From Planctomycetota bacterium (GTDB lineage: Bacteria; Planctomycetota; GCA-002687715; DRQF01), in assembly GCA_036479435.1 (NCBI GenBank), contig JAZGFI010000263.1:1-47184 (forward strand): DNA of 47,184 nucleotides, in the 5' to 3' direction. The translations under genes and the position numbers were made by a program. Below are positions 27,733 to 36,850 of this stretch, one piece after another. Positions within the stretch are counted from its first letter, which is position 1. Each line of letters begins with the position of its first letter. The notes under the pieces are model-generated. The model did not search any database, was not told where the DNA came from, and was given only the letters and a program-made list of their open reading frames with translations.

Positions 27733-29145
27733 ATGACCGTATCGATCCGATCCTTGCTTGGTTCTATCGCAACTTTCGCGCTTATCTGCGGCGGGCTCCT
27801 TAGCCTTCAGGCCCAAGCCCAAGAAGTGGCCCCCCGTGGCAAGACCAGTTTCGCCCCGGTGGCGGGTACCGAGAAGTTCGCTGACGTCGTGAAGCGCATG
27901 AGTGCTGCGAAGGCGGAGGTTATTCTTAAGCACCAGACTTTGCTCAAAGAGCGCTACGACCTCGGCAACCGCCCCGCCACTGGGAGCACCATGTCCCGCG
28001 GCAAGAGCGTACAAGGCGGCGTCCGCGTCAAGCTCCCTCAGGGAACGACTTGGCAGAGTTTGGCGAAGCTCAGTCCAGAGCAAATCCGCGATCAAGGCCT
28101 TTGGCCGAGCGGGCTCTACCCCTTGCCTCACCCCAACCACGCCGAAGGAGGAATGCTATTTCCCCAGTACCACATCGACGAGATCAAAAAGCAAACCGAC
28201 CGCGACTTGGGTCGCTACGACCTCGACTTCGTGATGCCGGATCATTTTTTACCGGAGTATCCGCCAGCGATCTTCTTGACGACAAGATTGGACCTCGGCG
28301 ATGTCTCCCAGGGCAAGGTCGTCACGACGGAAAACTTCTTTGATCTGTTCAACGGCATCCTCAATCCGAAGCAGCTCGAAGGGCTACGCTTGTTGGTATC
28401 GCCGTTTCCGCAACAGCAGTTCAACGCCACGCACGATCGCCGCAGCCTAAGGCCCAGTCTTGGCGTCTCTTGTCTAGATTGCCATGTGAATGGCCATACG
28501 AATGCCGCAACGCACTTGGTTGGCGACATTCGGCCCCAGGAGTTCAGGCACCGCATCGACACGCCGACTTTGCGCGGCGTGAACATTCAGCGCTTGTTCG
28601 GGTCACAGCGAGCTTTGAAGAGCATCGAGGACTTCACCGAGTTCGAACAGCGCGCCGCCTACTTCGATGGTGACCACGTGATCGCCGCCAAAAAGGGCGT
28701 CAACGTCTTAGAACGCGGCAGCCAAGTTCACTCCATGGCTGAGTTTCAGGCCCTCCTCGATTTTCCGCCCGCGCCGAAGCTCGGATGGGACGGCAAACTC
28801 AACCCCGCCAAGGCCACAGCGCAGGAGCTCCGCGGCCAAGAAGTGTTCTTCGGCAAGGGGAAATGCGCGAGCTGCCACCAAGCTCCGTACTACACCGACA
28901 ATTCGATGCACAATCTGAAGGTGGAGCGGTTCTTCAAGCCGCGCATGATCAACGGTCGCATGGCGTCCGCCGACGGCCCCATCAAGACCTTCCCCTTGCG
29001 CGGCATCAAGGACTCGCCACCCTACCTTCACGACGGACGTCTCTTGACTTTGGAAGATACGGTAGAGTTCTTTAACCTGGTGTTGGAGCTCAAGCTGAAC
29101 GACCAAGAGAAAAATGACCTGACCGCGTTCATGCGGGCTCTTTGA
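27733..29145 (+). CDS. secreted diheme c-type cytochrome, bCcP/MauG superfamily-like
   Basis: Signal peptide; CLDCH and CASCH; DTPTLRG, RGQEVFFGKGKC, KTFPLRGIKDSPPYLHDG, LNDQEKNDLTAFMRAL. Confidence 0.85.
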   Translation: MTVSIRSLLGSIATFALICGGLLSLQAQAQEVAPRGKTSFAPVAGTEKFADVVKRMSAAKAEVILKHQTLLKERYDLGNRPATGSTMSRGKSVQGGVRVKLPQGTTWQSLAKLSPEQIRDQGLWPSGLYPLPHPNHAEGGMLFPQYHIDEIKKQTDRDLGRYDLDFVMPDHFLPEYPPAIFLTTRLDLGDVSQGKVVTTENFFDLFNGILNPKQLEGLRLLVSPFPQQQFNATHDRRSLRPSLGVSCLDCHVNGHTNAATHLVGDIRPQEFRHRIDTPTLRGVNIQRLFGSQRALKSIEDFTEFEQRAAYFDGDHVIAAKKGVNVLERGSQVHSMAEFQALLDFPPAPKLGWDGKLNPAKATAQELRGQEVFFGKGKCASCHQAPYYTDNSMHNLKVERFFKPRMINGRMASADGPIKTFPLRGIKDSPPYLHDGRLLTLEDTVEFFNLVLELKLNDQEKNDLTAFMRAL

Positions 29146-29159
29146 GGGAGTAAGAACTG

Positions 29160-29609
29160 ATGACGGACAAAAAGTTGTCGGAGCCCGCCGAGAAAGCTTG
29201 CAAGCTTTTGGCGGACTCCTACACGCTCTACTTGAAAACCCACAACTTCCACTGGAACGTCACCGGGCCGATGTTCTCAAGCCTCCACCTGATGTTTGAG
29301 ACCCAGTACACCGAACTCGCCCTCGCGGTGGACGAGATCGCGGAACGCATCCGCTCTTTGAGCTTCCCGGCCCCTGGGACCTACCGCGAATTCTCTGGCC
29401 TCACCTCGATTGAGGAACCAACGGGGCCGACTGTGGCCATGGACATGATCCGCGTACTGGTCGCCGATCAAGTGGTCGTCGCGGACGCTGCGCGCGCTGT
29501 TTTTCAGGCCGCGGAAAAAGCTGGTGACCAAGCGACAGCCGACTTGGCCGTGCGGCGCATCGAAATGCACGAAAAGAACGCTTGGATGCTGCGAAGTCAC
29601 CTGGAATAG
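29160..29609 (+). CDS. dps: Dps family DNA protection/ferroxidase protein
   Basis: KTHNFHWNVTG, LHLMFE, VDEIAERIR, HEKNAWML. Confidence 0.95.
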   Translation: MTDKKLSEPAEKACKLLADSYTLYLKTHNFHWNVTGPMFSSLHLMFETQYTELALAVDEIAERIRSLSFPAPGTYREFSGLTSIEEPTGPTVAMDMIRVLVADQVVVADAARAVFQAAEKAGDQATADLAVRRIEMHEKNAWMLRSHLE

Positions 29610-29626
29610 CGTCTCTAAGCTCATTG

Positions 29627-29668
29627 GACCTCCGCTCAAGGTGAGCGTGAGAGCGGAGGTCTGTTTCT
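29627..29668 (+). terminator. intrinsic terminator after dps
   Basis: GACCTCCGCTC...GAGCGGAGGTC 11-bp stem then TGTTTCT. Confidence 0.7.
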
Positions 29669-29780
29669 GCCCCCCCCCCGCCAAATCCCCTGAAATCGCG
29701 ACGATAAGCCTCAGGTCTCAATACGAGGATGGCCGATCCTAGCGTTGAAGACTGGGTGCCGAGCCAGCGAGGCGGCACTC

Positions 29781-30821
29781 ATGGCTGGGATTTCAGACCA
29801 ATTGGTGGTGTCAAAGATGATGGATCTCGATGCAGCACCGGCTGATGAACTCGAGGCGGCTGAGCTTTTGGATACCTGGAAGAGGCTATTTGAGAGCCAA
29901 AGCGAAGGTTCCTTAATCGGCCTTCTGAAGATACAGAGTAGCCTCGCGGATTCCGTTCAAGCCAACACCGAGATGCAGGAACGCAGCCGGAGCATTGAGA
30001 CTCGATTTAGGCGTGTTGTCGAACAAGCCGAAAACATCGGCGACTCCTCCGGCAAGCTTGCGGATTTTCTCGGGGACTCCAGGCAACACATCGAAGCGAT
30101 GCGTGAGCAAATTCGCGAAATCCTGGGCGCTCTCAAGGGCATTACTCGGATTGCGTCTCAGACGAAACTGCTCGCCCTCAATGCGGCCATCGAGGCGGCA
30201 CGAGCCGGTGAAGCCGGAAAAGGCTTCGGAGTCGTTGCCAACGAAGTCAAAGAGCTGTCGGGACAGACCACGGGGCTCGTCTCGTCGATCTCGGAGTTGG
30301 TAGACCGAATCTCAAAAAGCTCGACAAAAGTACAAGAGACCTTCGATCGCGCCGACGAACACGGGCGTTCGACAAACGAAACCCTCATCTTGTTGAATGA
30401 CGAGATCAAAGAGACTTTTTCGGACAACACCAAAGTCGCTCGCAACATTGAGGCGAACAGCGAACGTGTTTTCATCAGTCTCGCGAAGCTGGACCATGTC
30501 GTCTGGAAGGTCAACACTTACCTTTCGGTGCTGAAGTCTGAACCTGTCATCAAGTTCGTCGATCACCACAACTGCCGACTCGGCAAGTGGTACTACGAAG
30601 GCGATGGCCATAAGACCTTCTCAAGGACCAGAAGCTTTAGGGAGCTCGAACAACCCCACTCCAAGGTCCACGAAGCAACTAGGGCGGTTTTTGACGAACT
30701 CGATGCCGCCAGTGAGGGAGACTTCCAAGAGCTTGAGAACGCTCTTGAGCTCATGGAGTCCGGCAGCCGCGGCGTCTTCACCATCCTCGACCGCATGCTC
30801 GCCGAAAAACTCAGCGAATAA
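29781..30821 (+). CDS. soluble methyl-accepting chemotaxis protein with C-terminal CZB domain
   Basis: [37 protein letters not shown] ligands [25 protein letters not shown]; no TM segment. Confidence 0.9.
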   Translation: MAGISDQLVVSKMMDLDAAPADELEAAELLDTWKRLFESQSEGSLIGLLKIQSSLADSVQANTEMQERSRSIETRFRRVVEQAENIGDSSGKLADFLGDSRQHIEAMREQIREILGALKGITRIASQTKLLALNAAIEAARAGEAGKGFGVVANEVKELSGQTTGLVSSISELVDRISKSSTKVQETFDRADEHGRSTNETLILLNDEIKETFSDNTKVARNIEANSERVFISLAKLDHVVWKVNTYLSVLKSEPVIKFVDHHNCRLGKWYYEGDGHKTFSRTRSFRELEQPHSKVHEATRAVFDELDAASEGDFQELENALELMESGSRGVFTILDRMLAEKLSE

Positions 30822-30827
30822 CGCTTG

Positions 30828-30902
30828 TACGGCGTCAGACTAAATTCTCCCGCTTTTTTAGGCCTGACCTAAAAAAGCGGGAGAATTTAGTCTGACGCCG
30901 TA
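30828..30902. repeat. 35-bp perfect inverted repeat with 5-nt loop; possible MITE / IS-end remnant
   Basis: TACGGCGTCAGACTAAATTCTCCCGCTTTTTTAGG-cctga-CCTAAAAAAGCGGGAGAATTTAGTCTGACGCCGTA. Confidence 0.9.
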
Positions 30903-30920
30903 TGACCACTTTCTTGCGAG

Positions 30921-31628
30921 CTAGGTGGCGGCGGGTACGTCGGTGCTGAGGATTCCGTCCTCGATTTCGAAAACTCGATGAACTAAGTCCAATGCGCGAT
31001 GATCGTGCGTGACGATGAGGACGGCGGCCCCGCGTTCGCTGGCGGCTTCGCGGAGCAGTTCCATGACCCGGCGGCCGAGTTCTTTGTCTAACGATGCCGT
31101 GGGTTCATCTGCTAAGAGCAACGATGGGTTGTGGACCAGCGCACGCGCGATTGCAACGCGCTGCTGCTGACCTCCGGAAAGTTGTGTCGGCATATGATCT
31201 CCGCGATCGGCGACCCCCAATGTAGCCATGATTTCACGGCTACGGCGGGTAGCCTCGCGTCTCGACACGCCGTCTAGTTCCAAGACCAGCCTTACGTTCT
31301 CCTCGGCGGTCAAAAACGGAATCAGATTCGAGCGTTGGAAGACGAATCCCAATCTGCGGCGACGGATGAGGTTGGCGTCACGAACGGCGGCGCCGTCGCG
31401 AATGACGTCCTCACCACCGATTCGAAGCGTGCCGGTGTTGGGTGGATTGATCAAACCTAAGATCGTCAGCAGGGTCGACTTTCCCGATCCGGAGGGGCCC
31501 AACAAAGCGACGACCTCGCCGGGAAAGATCTCGAAACTGGCTTCTTTGAGCGCAAGCACCAAGGTGTTGCCTTCGCCGTAATGCCTGGAGAGCGATGTAG
31601 CGCTGACTGCGGGAGTTTTGGAGTTCAT
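30921..31628 (-). CDS. ABC transporter ATP-binding protein (MacB/LolD-like)
   Basis: GPSGSGKS, LSGGQQQRVAIARA, LLLADEPT, VTHD. Confidence 0.95.
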   Translation of the reverse strand: MNSKTPAVSATSLSRHYGEGNTLVLALKEASFEIFPGEVVALLGPSGSGKSTLLTILGLINPPNTGTLRIGGEDVIRDGAAVRDANLIRRRRLGFVFQRSNLIPFLTAEENVRLVLELDGVSRREATRRSREIMATLGVADRGDHMPTQLSGGQQQRVAIARALVHNPSLLLADEPTASLDKELGRRVMELLREAASERGAAVLIVTHDHRALDLVHRVFEIEDGILSTDVPAAT

Positions 31629-32839
31629 CCGGCCAATACCTCATTCGGGTCCGCGGCGAGAGCCTTCTTCATGCCGAACACACTCGCGGCGAACGAGATT
31701 GCGGCCACGATGCCAAGCAGCGCTAAGCGATGTTCATTTTCAACGACCACGCGCCGGGGGAACATCTCAAAAGCGTAGTTGCCAATAATCAAGGCCAGCA
31801 AGTAGGCGATACCGCCGAGCAGCAGTGCCTCTTCCAAGATCATCCCGAGGATCACTTTGATCGGAGCGCCCAACAACTTCAGCAACGCGATCGAGTGGAT
31901 CTTGTCGACGGTCATGGTGTAGATGATAAGACCCATGAGAATCGCCGAGATGACGACGAGAAGGGCACGAAACAGTCCGATTTGACGCCGAGTTTTCTCA
32001 ACCACGCCGCCGAGGATCAAATCGTGTTCTTCCGCCTGAGAGTACACCGTGATGTCTTTCCAAGTTTCCAAACGAGCCCGGACCATATCCAGTCGCGCGC
32101 CTGGCGCCAGGTTCAACATCACCGCCGAAACGGGCGCCGGCCCCAAAGCGGGTATGAGTTGCGATGACTTGCCCGAAAATCGCACCATCTCGGGATCTCT
32201 TCCGACGGCACTGGCCTGAACTCTCGCGGCCCGCGCTTCGCGGTCTAGACGCAGTGCTTCATTCGAAACGTCGTTCTGAATTTTCTGCGCATCAGCCATC
32301 GTGAAGAACGCGGCCGGATCACCCCCGGAAGCCAAAAGACCATCGGTGATGCCCACGACGGTGTACTCATCCCGCCCCAGTCGAATTCTTGCTCCCAGCG
32401 GCAAACCCAATGAACGGTCGACCAGAAACTCGAAGTGTGGTTGTGCGAGCGGCCGGCCTTCGACGAGCGGCAAGCCCTCGCCCAAGTCATCCGGCCAGGA
32501 CAGACCGACCGCGGTGAAACGAAGCGGCTTTCCGTTCGGAAGTTCGCGTTGGATCGTGTGCGACACATAACTGCGCACCTTGGCGACCCCAGGGACCGCT
32601 CGTGCACGCTCTTCCAAACCCCGCGGCACTCGCGAGAGTTCCGCGAAGGGCCCCCGAGTATCGCGTTGCACAATCCACAGATCGGCGCCAAGGGCGTCGG
32701 GCAGTGCCGTCGCGTCTTTGATGATGCCATTGTAGATTCCGGTCATCGCCAACACCACCGTCAGCAGCAACCCTAAGCCCGCGGCCGTCAGCAAAAATCG
32801 TCCGTAGTCGTGGCGAATGTCGCGTATTGAAAGGATCAC
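31625..32839 (-). CDS. ABC transporter permease (MacB/FtsX-like)
   Basis: One N-terminal TM, periplasmic domain, three C-terminal TMs; IALLKLLGA motif. Confidence 0.9.
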   Translation of the reverse strand: MILSIRDIRHDYGRFLLTAAGLGLLLTVVLAMTGIYNGIIKDATALPDALGADLWIVQRDTRGPFAELSRVPRGLEERARAVPGVAKVRSYVSHTIQRELPNGKPLRFTAVGLSWPDDLGEGLPLVEGRPLAQPHFEFLVDRSLGLPLGARIRLGRDEYTVVGITDGLLASGGDPAAFFTMADAQKIQNDVSNEALRLDREARAARVQASAVGRDPEMVRFSGKSSQLIPALGPAPVSAVMLNLAPGARLDMVRARLETWKDITVYSQAEEHDLILGGVVEKTRRQIGLFRALLVVISAILMGLIIYTMTVDKIHSIALLKLLGAPIKVILGMILEEALLLGGIAYLLALIIGNYAFEMFPRRVVVENEHRLALLGIVAAISFAASVFGMKKALAADPNEVLAG

Positions 32840-34023
32840 TGTTCAGTCTCCTTTCGTTTGGCCTCCGCAAGGCGAACTCGTTGCCCCTTCTTGAGCAACT
32901 TGTTTTTTCCAATCGCGGCGCCGAGGACGAGATCTCCGGAATCCAGCCCACCTATGACTTCAATGAATTCGCGGCCTCGGGTGCCAAGTTCAAGAGCCAA
33001 AAACTGAGCGCGGTCAGCATCCGCCACAAAGACGCCCTCTTCGCCGTCGATCTGCAAAATGGCGCGCGCCGGGATGCGAACCACATCAGATCGTCGGGTC
33101 AGTTCGATCCACAAATCGACGCGTTGGCCAAAAGCGATCGGGTCTGGCAACTTCTCGAAGGCAACTTCGACGAGCAATTCCCGCGTCTCACGGTCAACTT
33201 CGCGGCCGATGCGCACGACACTACCGCGATGGACGCGCTCGGGGTCGGACCTCAAACTAACTCGCGCTGGCAGTCCGAGTCTTAGAGCATCCAGATAAGT
33301 CTCGTCGACCCAAACTCTCGCCCAAACCGTGTCTGTGGCCGCCAGTCGAAGCACGGCTGCGCCGGGAACCGCGACGTCGCCGACCTCTCGTTCACGCCGC
33401 AGCACAAGTCCATCAAAGGGGCTGCGGACGATCGTGCGAGCGAGCGCTGCTTTAGCTCGATCAAGCCTGCGGCGGGCGACCAAGATCGCCTGTTGGCCCT
33501 CAAGCTGCGCCGCCATCGATCGCGCGAGTTCAGCGACCGCGACCTTGTGGCGTTCGTCGGCCACATCCAGTGATTCTCGTGAAGCGGCACCCTTCGCGAC
33601 TTGCGGACGTACGCGTCTGAGTCCGTCCTCTGCGCCTTTCAGGACGGCCTTCGATCGCTCAATGTCGGCGCCCAACCTCTTCATGATCGCCTCGGAAAGG
33701 GCGACTTCTTGTTCGGCCAGCCCCACTTCAGCGAGAAAAGTTCTGTCATCGATGGTGGCAAGTTCCTGCCCCTTGGTCACAGAATCCCCTTGGTCCACGT
33801 GGATTTGCACGACTCGGCCGGTGACCTCGAAGCCGACATCTACCGTCTGCCTGCTCTCCACCGAACCGGTACCCAGCGCCTCCACCACGACGCTGCCTTT
33901 CGACACCCGAGTTGTTTCCACGTCGATCGGCTTCAGAACCAAAAAATACAAGGCCGCGGCGGCAGCTCCAGCCAAGACCAGCCAAAAAGTGATGCGGCGC
34001 AGCCAGGCTCTCCATGTCTTCAT
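32836..34023 (-). CDS. efflux periplasmic adaptor (membrane fusion protein)
   Basis: GRVVQIHVDQGDSVTKGQEL, coiled coil, VRSPFDGLV, GDVAVPG. Confidence 0.92.
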   Translation of the reverse strand: MKTWRAWLRRITFWLVLAGAAAAALYFLVLKPIDVETTRVSKGSVVVEALGTGSVESRQTVDVGFEVTGRVVQIHVDQGDSVTKGQELATIDDRTFLAEVGLAEQEVALSEAIMKRLGADIERSKAVLKGAEDGLRRVRPQVAKGAASRESLDVADERHKVAVAELARSMAAQLEGQQAILVARRRLDRAKAALARTIVRSPFDGLVLRREREVGDVAVPGAAVLRLAATDTVWARVWVDETYLDALRLGLPARVSLRSDPERVHRGSVVRIGREVDRETRELLVEVAFEKLPDPIAFGQRVDLWIELTRRSDVVRIPARAILQIDGEEGVFVADADRAQFLALELGTRGREFIEVIGGLDSGDLVLGAAIGKNKLLKKGQRVRLAEAKRKETEQ

Positions 34024-34087
34024 GGTCTAAGTTTCCTTTCGATTCGATGAGATCCCGGGTGGCTCTTTTGAGGGAAACAGCAAGTTT

Positions 34088-34708
34088 TCATGAGGACAGC
34101 TCCTTTGCGGTGCCGCGCAGAAAACCCTCGAGGGTCGTCCAGACTTTCTTTGGAGACGCGTTCGACAGGGCTTTTTCACCCCTAACCCGATGGGAGCCGG
34201 TAGTGGCGGCTCCACGGATGACGCCAATGACCATCCACACCAAAAGCATCACCGGCACATCCGAACTGACGAGACCGCGACCCTGCGCCTGGGACAAGCA
34301 ACCGTGGATCAAGGTGACCGAGCGACCGACGAGTTGTTCGATGCGAGCCGCCCCCCGCTCCCCGGCGGCTTCGGTCAAACGGTCGTTGAACGCCAACCGC
34401 AGAATCTCTGGATTTTGGCGCACCAGGGTCAGCCGTTTCACTAAAAACAGGCCCAATCGCTCGAGCGGCTCGCCCTCGTCGGGCGGAAAGCTCTCCTCGA
34501 GAGCCGACGCAAACAAGTCGATCGCCGCGTCGACGATCTCCTCTTTGTTTTTGAAGTGGCGAAAGATCGCCCCGTCCGTGATGCCGACTTCTTCCGCCAA
34601 GGCCGCGGCTGTCAGGCGCCGCACGCCCGAGCTGGCGATGATCCGCAGTGCCGCCTCGGCGATCTGCCGCTGACGTTCGTCGGTTGAGAGGCGTTTTTGT
34701 GGGGTCAT
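34088..34708 (-). CDS. TetR/AcrR family regulator
   Basis: RQRQIAEAALRII..LAEEVGITDGAIFRHFKNKEEI. Confidence 0.93.
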   Translation of the reverse strand: MTPQKRLSTDERQRQIAEAALRIIASSGVRRLTAAALAEEVGITDGAIFRHFKNKEEIVDAAIDLFASALEESFPPDEGEPLERLGLFLVKRLTLVRQNPEILRLAFNDRLTEAAGERGAARIEQLVGRSVTLIHGCLSQAQGRGLVSSDVPVMLLVWMVIGVIRGAATTGSHRVRGEKALSNASPKKVWTTLEGFLRGTAKELSS

Positions 34709-34722
34709 GCCCCCACAATAGC

Positions 34723-34738
34723 AAGTAAGTACTTACTT
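34723..34738. promoter_or_regulatory. perfect 16-bp palindrome, probable TetR operator
   Basis: AAGTAAGTACTTACTT, 14 nt upstream of the tetR start codon. Confidence 0.75.
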
Positions 34739-34861
34739 TCCAATAAGAGGCTGGCCCCGGCTCTCGATTTGGGAGAAGACGAGATGGTTTGGGGGATTGG
34801 CGAGTGCGGTTATTCGGGAGGGTTACGACTGACGCCATCAACGAAGCCTTCTGGCTCGCTG

Positions 34862-36196
34862 GGGCGATCACAGTTTTGCGAGGACCTTACAGAAGAGTTC
34901 TTTCTATACTACTCGGCGCTCCCCACTCACTCGCGTAGAGAAATCGGAGATCCATGCCCATGCGTCAAAGTCTCATTCTCGTTATCCAAACCCTAGCCTC
35001 GATCGCGATGGTGGCGGCATTTTTCACCACGACCGCCTTAAGCCAACTTCCGATCCGCTTCACGGTGGACGGCGACTCTGCTGGCGACCGACTCGGCTTT
35101 TCCGTCAGTGGCGCGGGTGATGTCAATGGCGACGGCTTCGACGATATCATCGTCAGCGCGCCGCTCGACGACAACAACGGACCGGACTCAGGCAGCGCTC
35201 GCGTCTACTCTGGTTTCGACGGCGCGATCTTGTACACCTTTAATGGCGACTCTGCTGACGATCAACTCGGCTTTTCCGTCAGTGGCGCGGGTGATGTGGA
35301 TGACGACGGCTTCGACGATATCATCGTCGGCGCGGTGGGCGACGACAACAACGGATCGTTCTCAGGGAGCGCTCGCGTCTACTCTGGTTTCGACGGCACG
35401 ATCTTATACACCTTCAATGGCGACTCTGCTGACGATCAACTCGGCTTTTCCGTCAGTGGTGCGGGTGATGTGAATGGCGACGGGTTTGACGATCTGATTG
35501 CCGGCGCGTGGCTCGACGACAACAACGCATTCTCCTCAGGGAGCGCTCGCGTTTACTCTGGTTTCGACGGCGCGATCTTGTGCACCTTCAATGGCGACTC
35601 TGGTGGCGACCTACTCGGAGTCTCCGTCAGTGGCGCGGGTGATGTGAATGGCGACGGATTTGACGATCTGATTGCCGGCGCGTGGCTCGACGACAACACC
35701 GGAGCCAGCTCAGGCAGCGCTCGCGTTTTTTCTGTCTGCGGTCAGCAGCTCTACGGGTCGGGGATCGATCCAGCGCAAACGCTGACCTTTGAATGGCGGT
35801 CCTTTTCGGGGGGGTTAAATGCCGCGAATGGAGAGCTCATCGCCGATGGTTCAGCGCCCTTCAGTCCAGGAGTATTTGCTCTCAGCACGCAGCCCTCAAT
35901 GGCTTCCCTGCTCGGCTTCACGCTCTTGGTCGATATTGCGCCCAGCAATGCTCTCATCCTTGAGAACTTTAGCTACGACGCCGCCGGCCAGCTCGTCGTC
36001 CCGCTCAGCCTGCGGCAACCAGTTCTTGCTGGCCTCACCCTTTTTCTGCAGGTGGTCGAAGGGAACCCCGCGGCTCCGATGGGCCTCTTCTCATCAAATG
36101 GTCTCGAGCTACTCTTTTGCAACTAAGGTCGCGAAGTCATGAGACGCAAGATCCCATGGCAAGGGGCACTCAGAAAATGATGCGCTCGACCTCGTC
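34862..36196. repeat. segmental duplication copy 1 (upstream region + FG-GAP gene + integrase 3' end)
   Basis: Homologous to 37392-39245, including CTATACTACTC..CCCCACTCACTCGCGTAGAGAAATCG upstream and GGGGCACTCAGAAAATGATGCGCTCGACCTCGTC downstream. Confidence 0.9.
34960..36126 (+). CDS. secreted FG-GAP / integrin-alpha-like repeat protein (4 repeats)
   Basis: Signal peptide; 58-aa repeats LG.SVSGAGDVNGDGF.D.I.GA..DDNNG..SGSARVYSG with Ca-binding-type DVNGDG loops. Confidence 0.92.
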   Translation: MRQSLILVIQTLASIAMVAAFFTTTALSQLPIRFTVDGDSAGDRLGFSVSGAGDVNGDGFDDIIVSAPLDDNNGPDSGSARVYSGFDGAILYTFNGDSADDQLGFSVSGAGDVDDDGFDDIIVGAVGDDNNGSFSGSARVYSGFDGTILYTFNGDSADDQLGFSVSGAGDVNGDGFDDLIAGAWLDDNNAFSSGSARVYSGFDGAILCTFNGDSGGDLLGVSVSGAGDVNGDGFDDLIAGAWLDDNTGASSGSARVFSVCGQQLYGSGIDPAQTLTFEWRSFSGGLNAANGELIADGSAPFSPGVFALSTQPSMASLLGFTLLVDIAPSNALILENFSYDAAGQLVVPLSLRQPVLAGLTLFLQVVEGNPAAPMGLFSSNGLELLFCN

Positions 36197-36430
36197 GGGC
36201 GTGGCCTCTTGGCGACGCCGGTCCGAGAGTTTGCTTTTTCGCGGGCTGGTGTGGTCCGCCATGAATTGAGCATGCTCGAGTTGGCCTTCGTTCTTGAGGT
36301 ACGCCCCGATCCCGGCCGCCCTGAAGGTGTGGTTTGTGAATTGGTCAGCCCAACTACAGCCCCGATGCGCGCAAAGCGCCATCTATGCGCGGGTATCAAC
36401 CGCCGTCTACAGTCTCCTTCGAGCGGCTAG
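36170..36430 (-). pseudogene. tyrosine recombinase/integrase C-terminal remnant
   Basis: NHTFRAAGIGAYLKNEGQLEHAQFMADHTSPRKSKLSDRR..DEVERIIF; HxxR present, catalytic Tyr position (LYD) reads LSD; N-terminal part missing; left boundary approximate. Confidence 0.8.
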
Positions 36431-36539
36431 ATCGATCATCCGGCCATGAAGCATAAACGCCATTAAGGGCCATGCTTACGGTCGGCATGGGACCCGTTTT
36501 CTCCACGCGATGGGTCTTTCACTTGAGACGAGGTTCAGG

Positions 36540-36568
36540 TTGACCGACATACCACAATCTGGTATTTT
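36540..36568 (+). promoter_or_regulatory. sigma70-like promoter with overlapping palindromic operator for the TA operon
   Basis: TTGACC-N17-TATTTT; ATACCA-N5-TGGTAT at 36549-36565. Confidence 0.6.
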
Positions 36569-36595
36569 GATCGGAAGCAGCCAGGGGAGACAACT

Positions 36596-36850
36596 ATGTC
36601 CAAAAACACATCCTTCATCCTCGGTGAGCACTTCGACACTTTCGTGGCGTCGCAGATCGCGGTCGGCCGCTACGCGAACGCGACCGACGTCATCCGCTCG
36701 GGCCTTCGATTGCTCGAAGAGCATGAGCAGAAGGTCGAGGCCCTCCGCAACGCCTTGATCGCGGGCGAGGAGAGCGGCGTCGCCGGTCCGCTCGACATGA
36801 ACAAGATCAAAAAGCAAGCACGCGAAAAAGCTGGCCTAGCGCCATCTTGA
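36596..36850 (+). CDS. parD: type II TA antitoxin, ParD family (RHH)
   Basis: MSKNTSFILGEHFDTFVASQIAVGRYANATDVIRSGLRLLEE..LRNALIAGEESG. Confidence 0.92.
   Translation: MSKNTSFILGEHFDTFVASQIAVGRYANATDVIRSGLRLLEEHEQKVEALRNALIAGEESGVAGPLDMNKIKKQAREKAGLAPS

Noticed and set aside
29681..29740. Sigma-28 promoter for the chemoreceptor (GACGATAA or GCCGATCC as -10)
   Set aside because: Matching -35 boxes are off in sequence or spacing; not supportable
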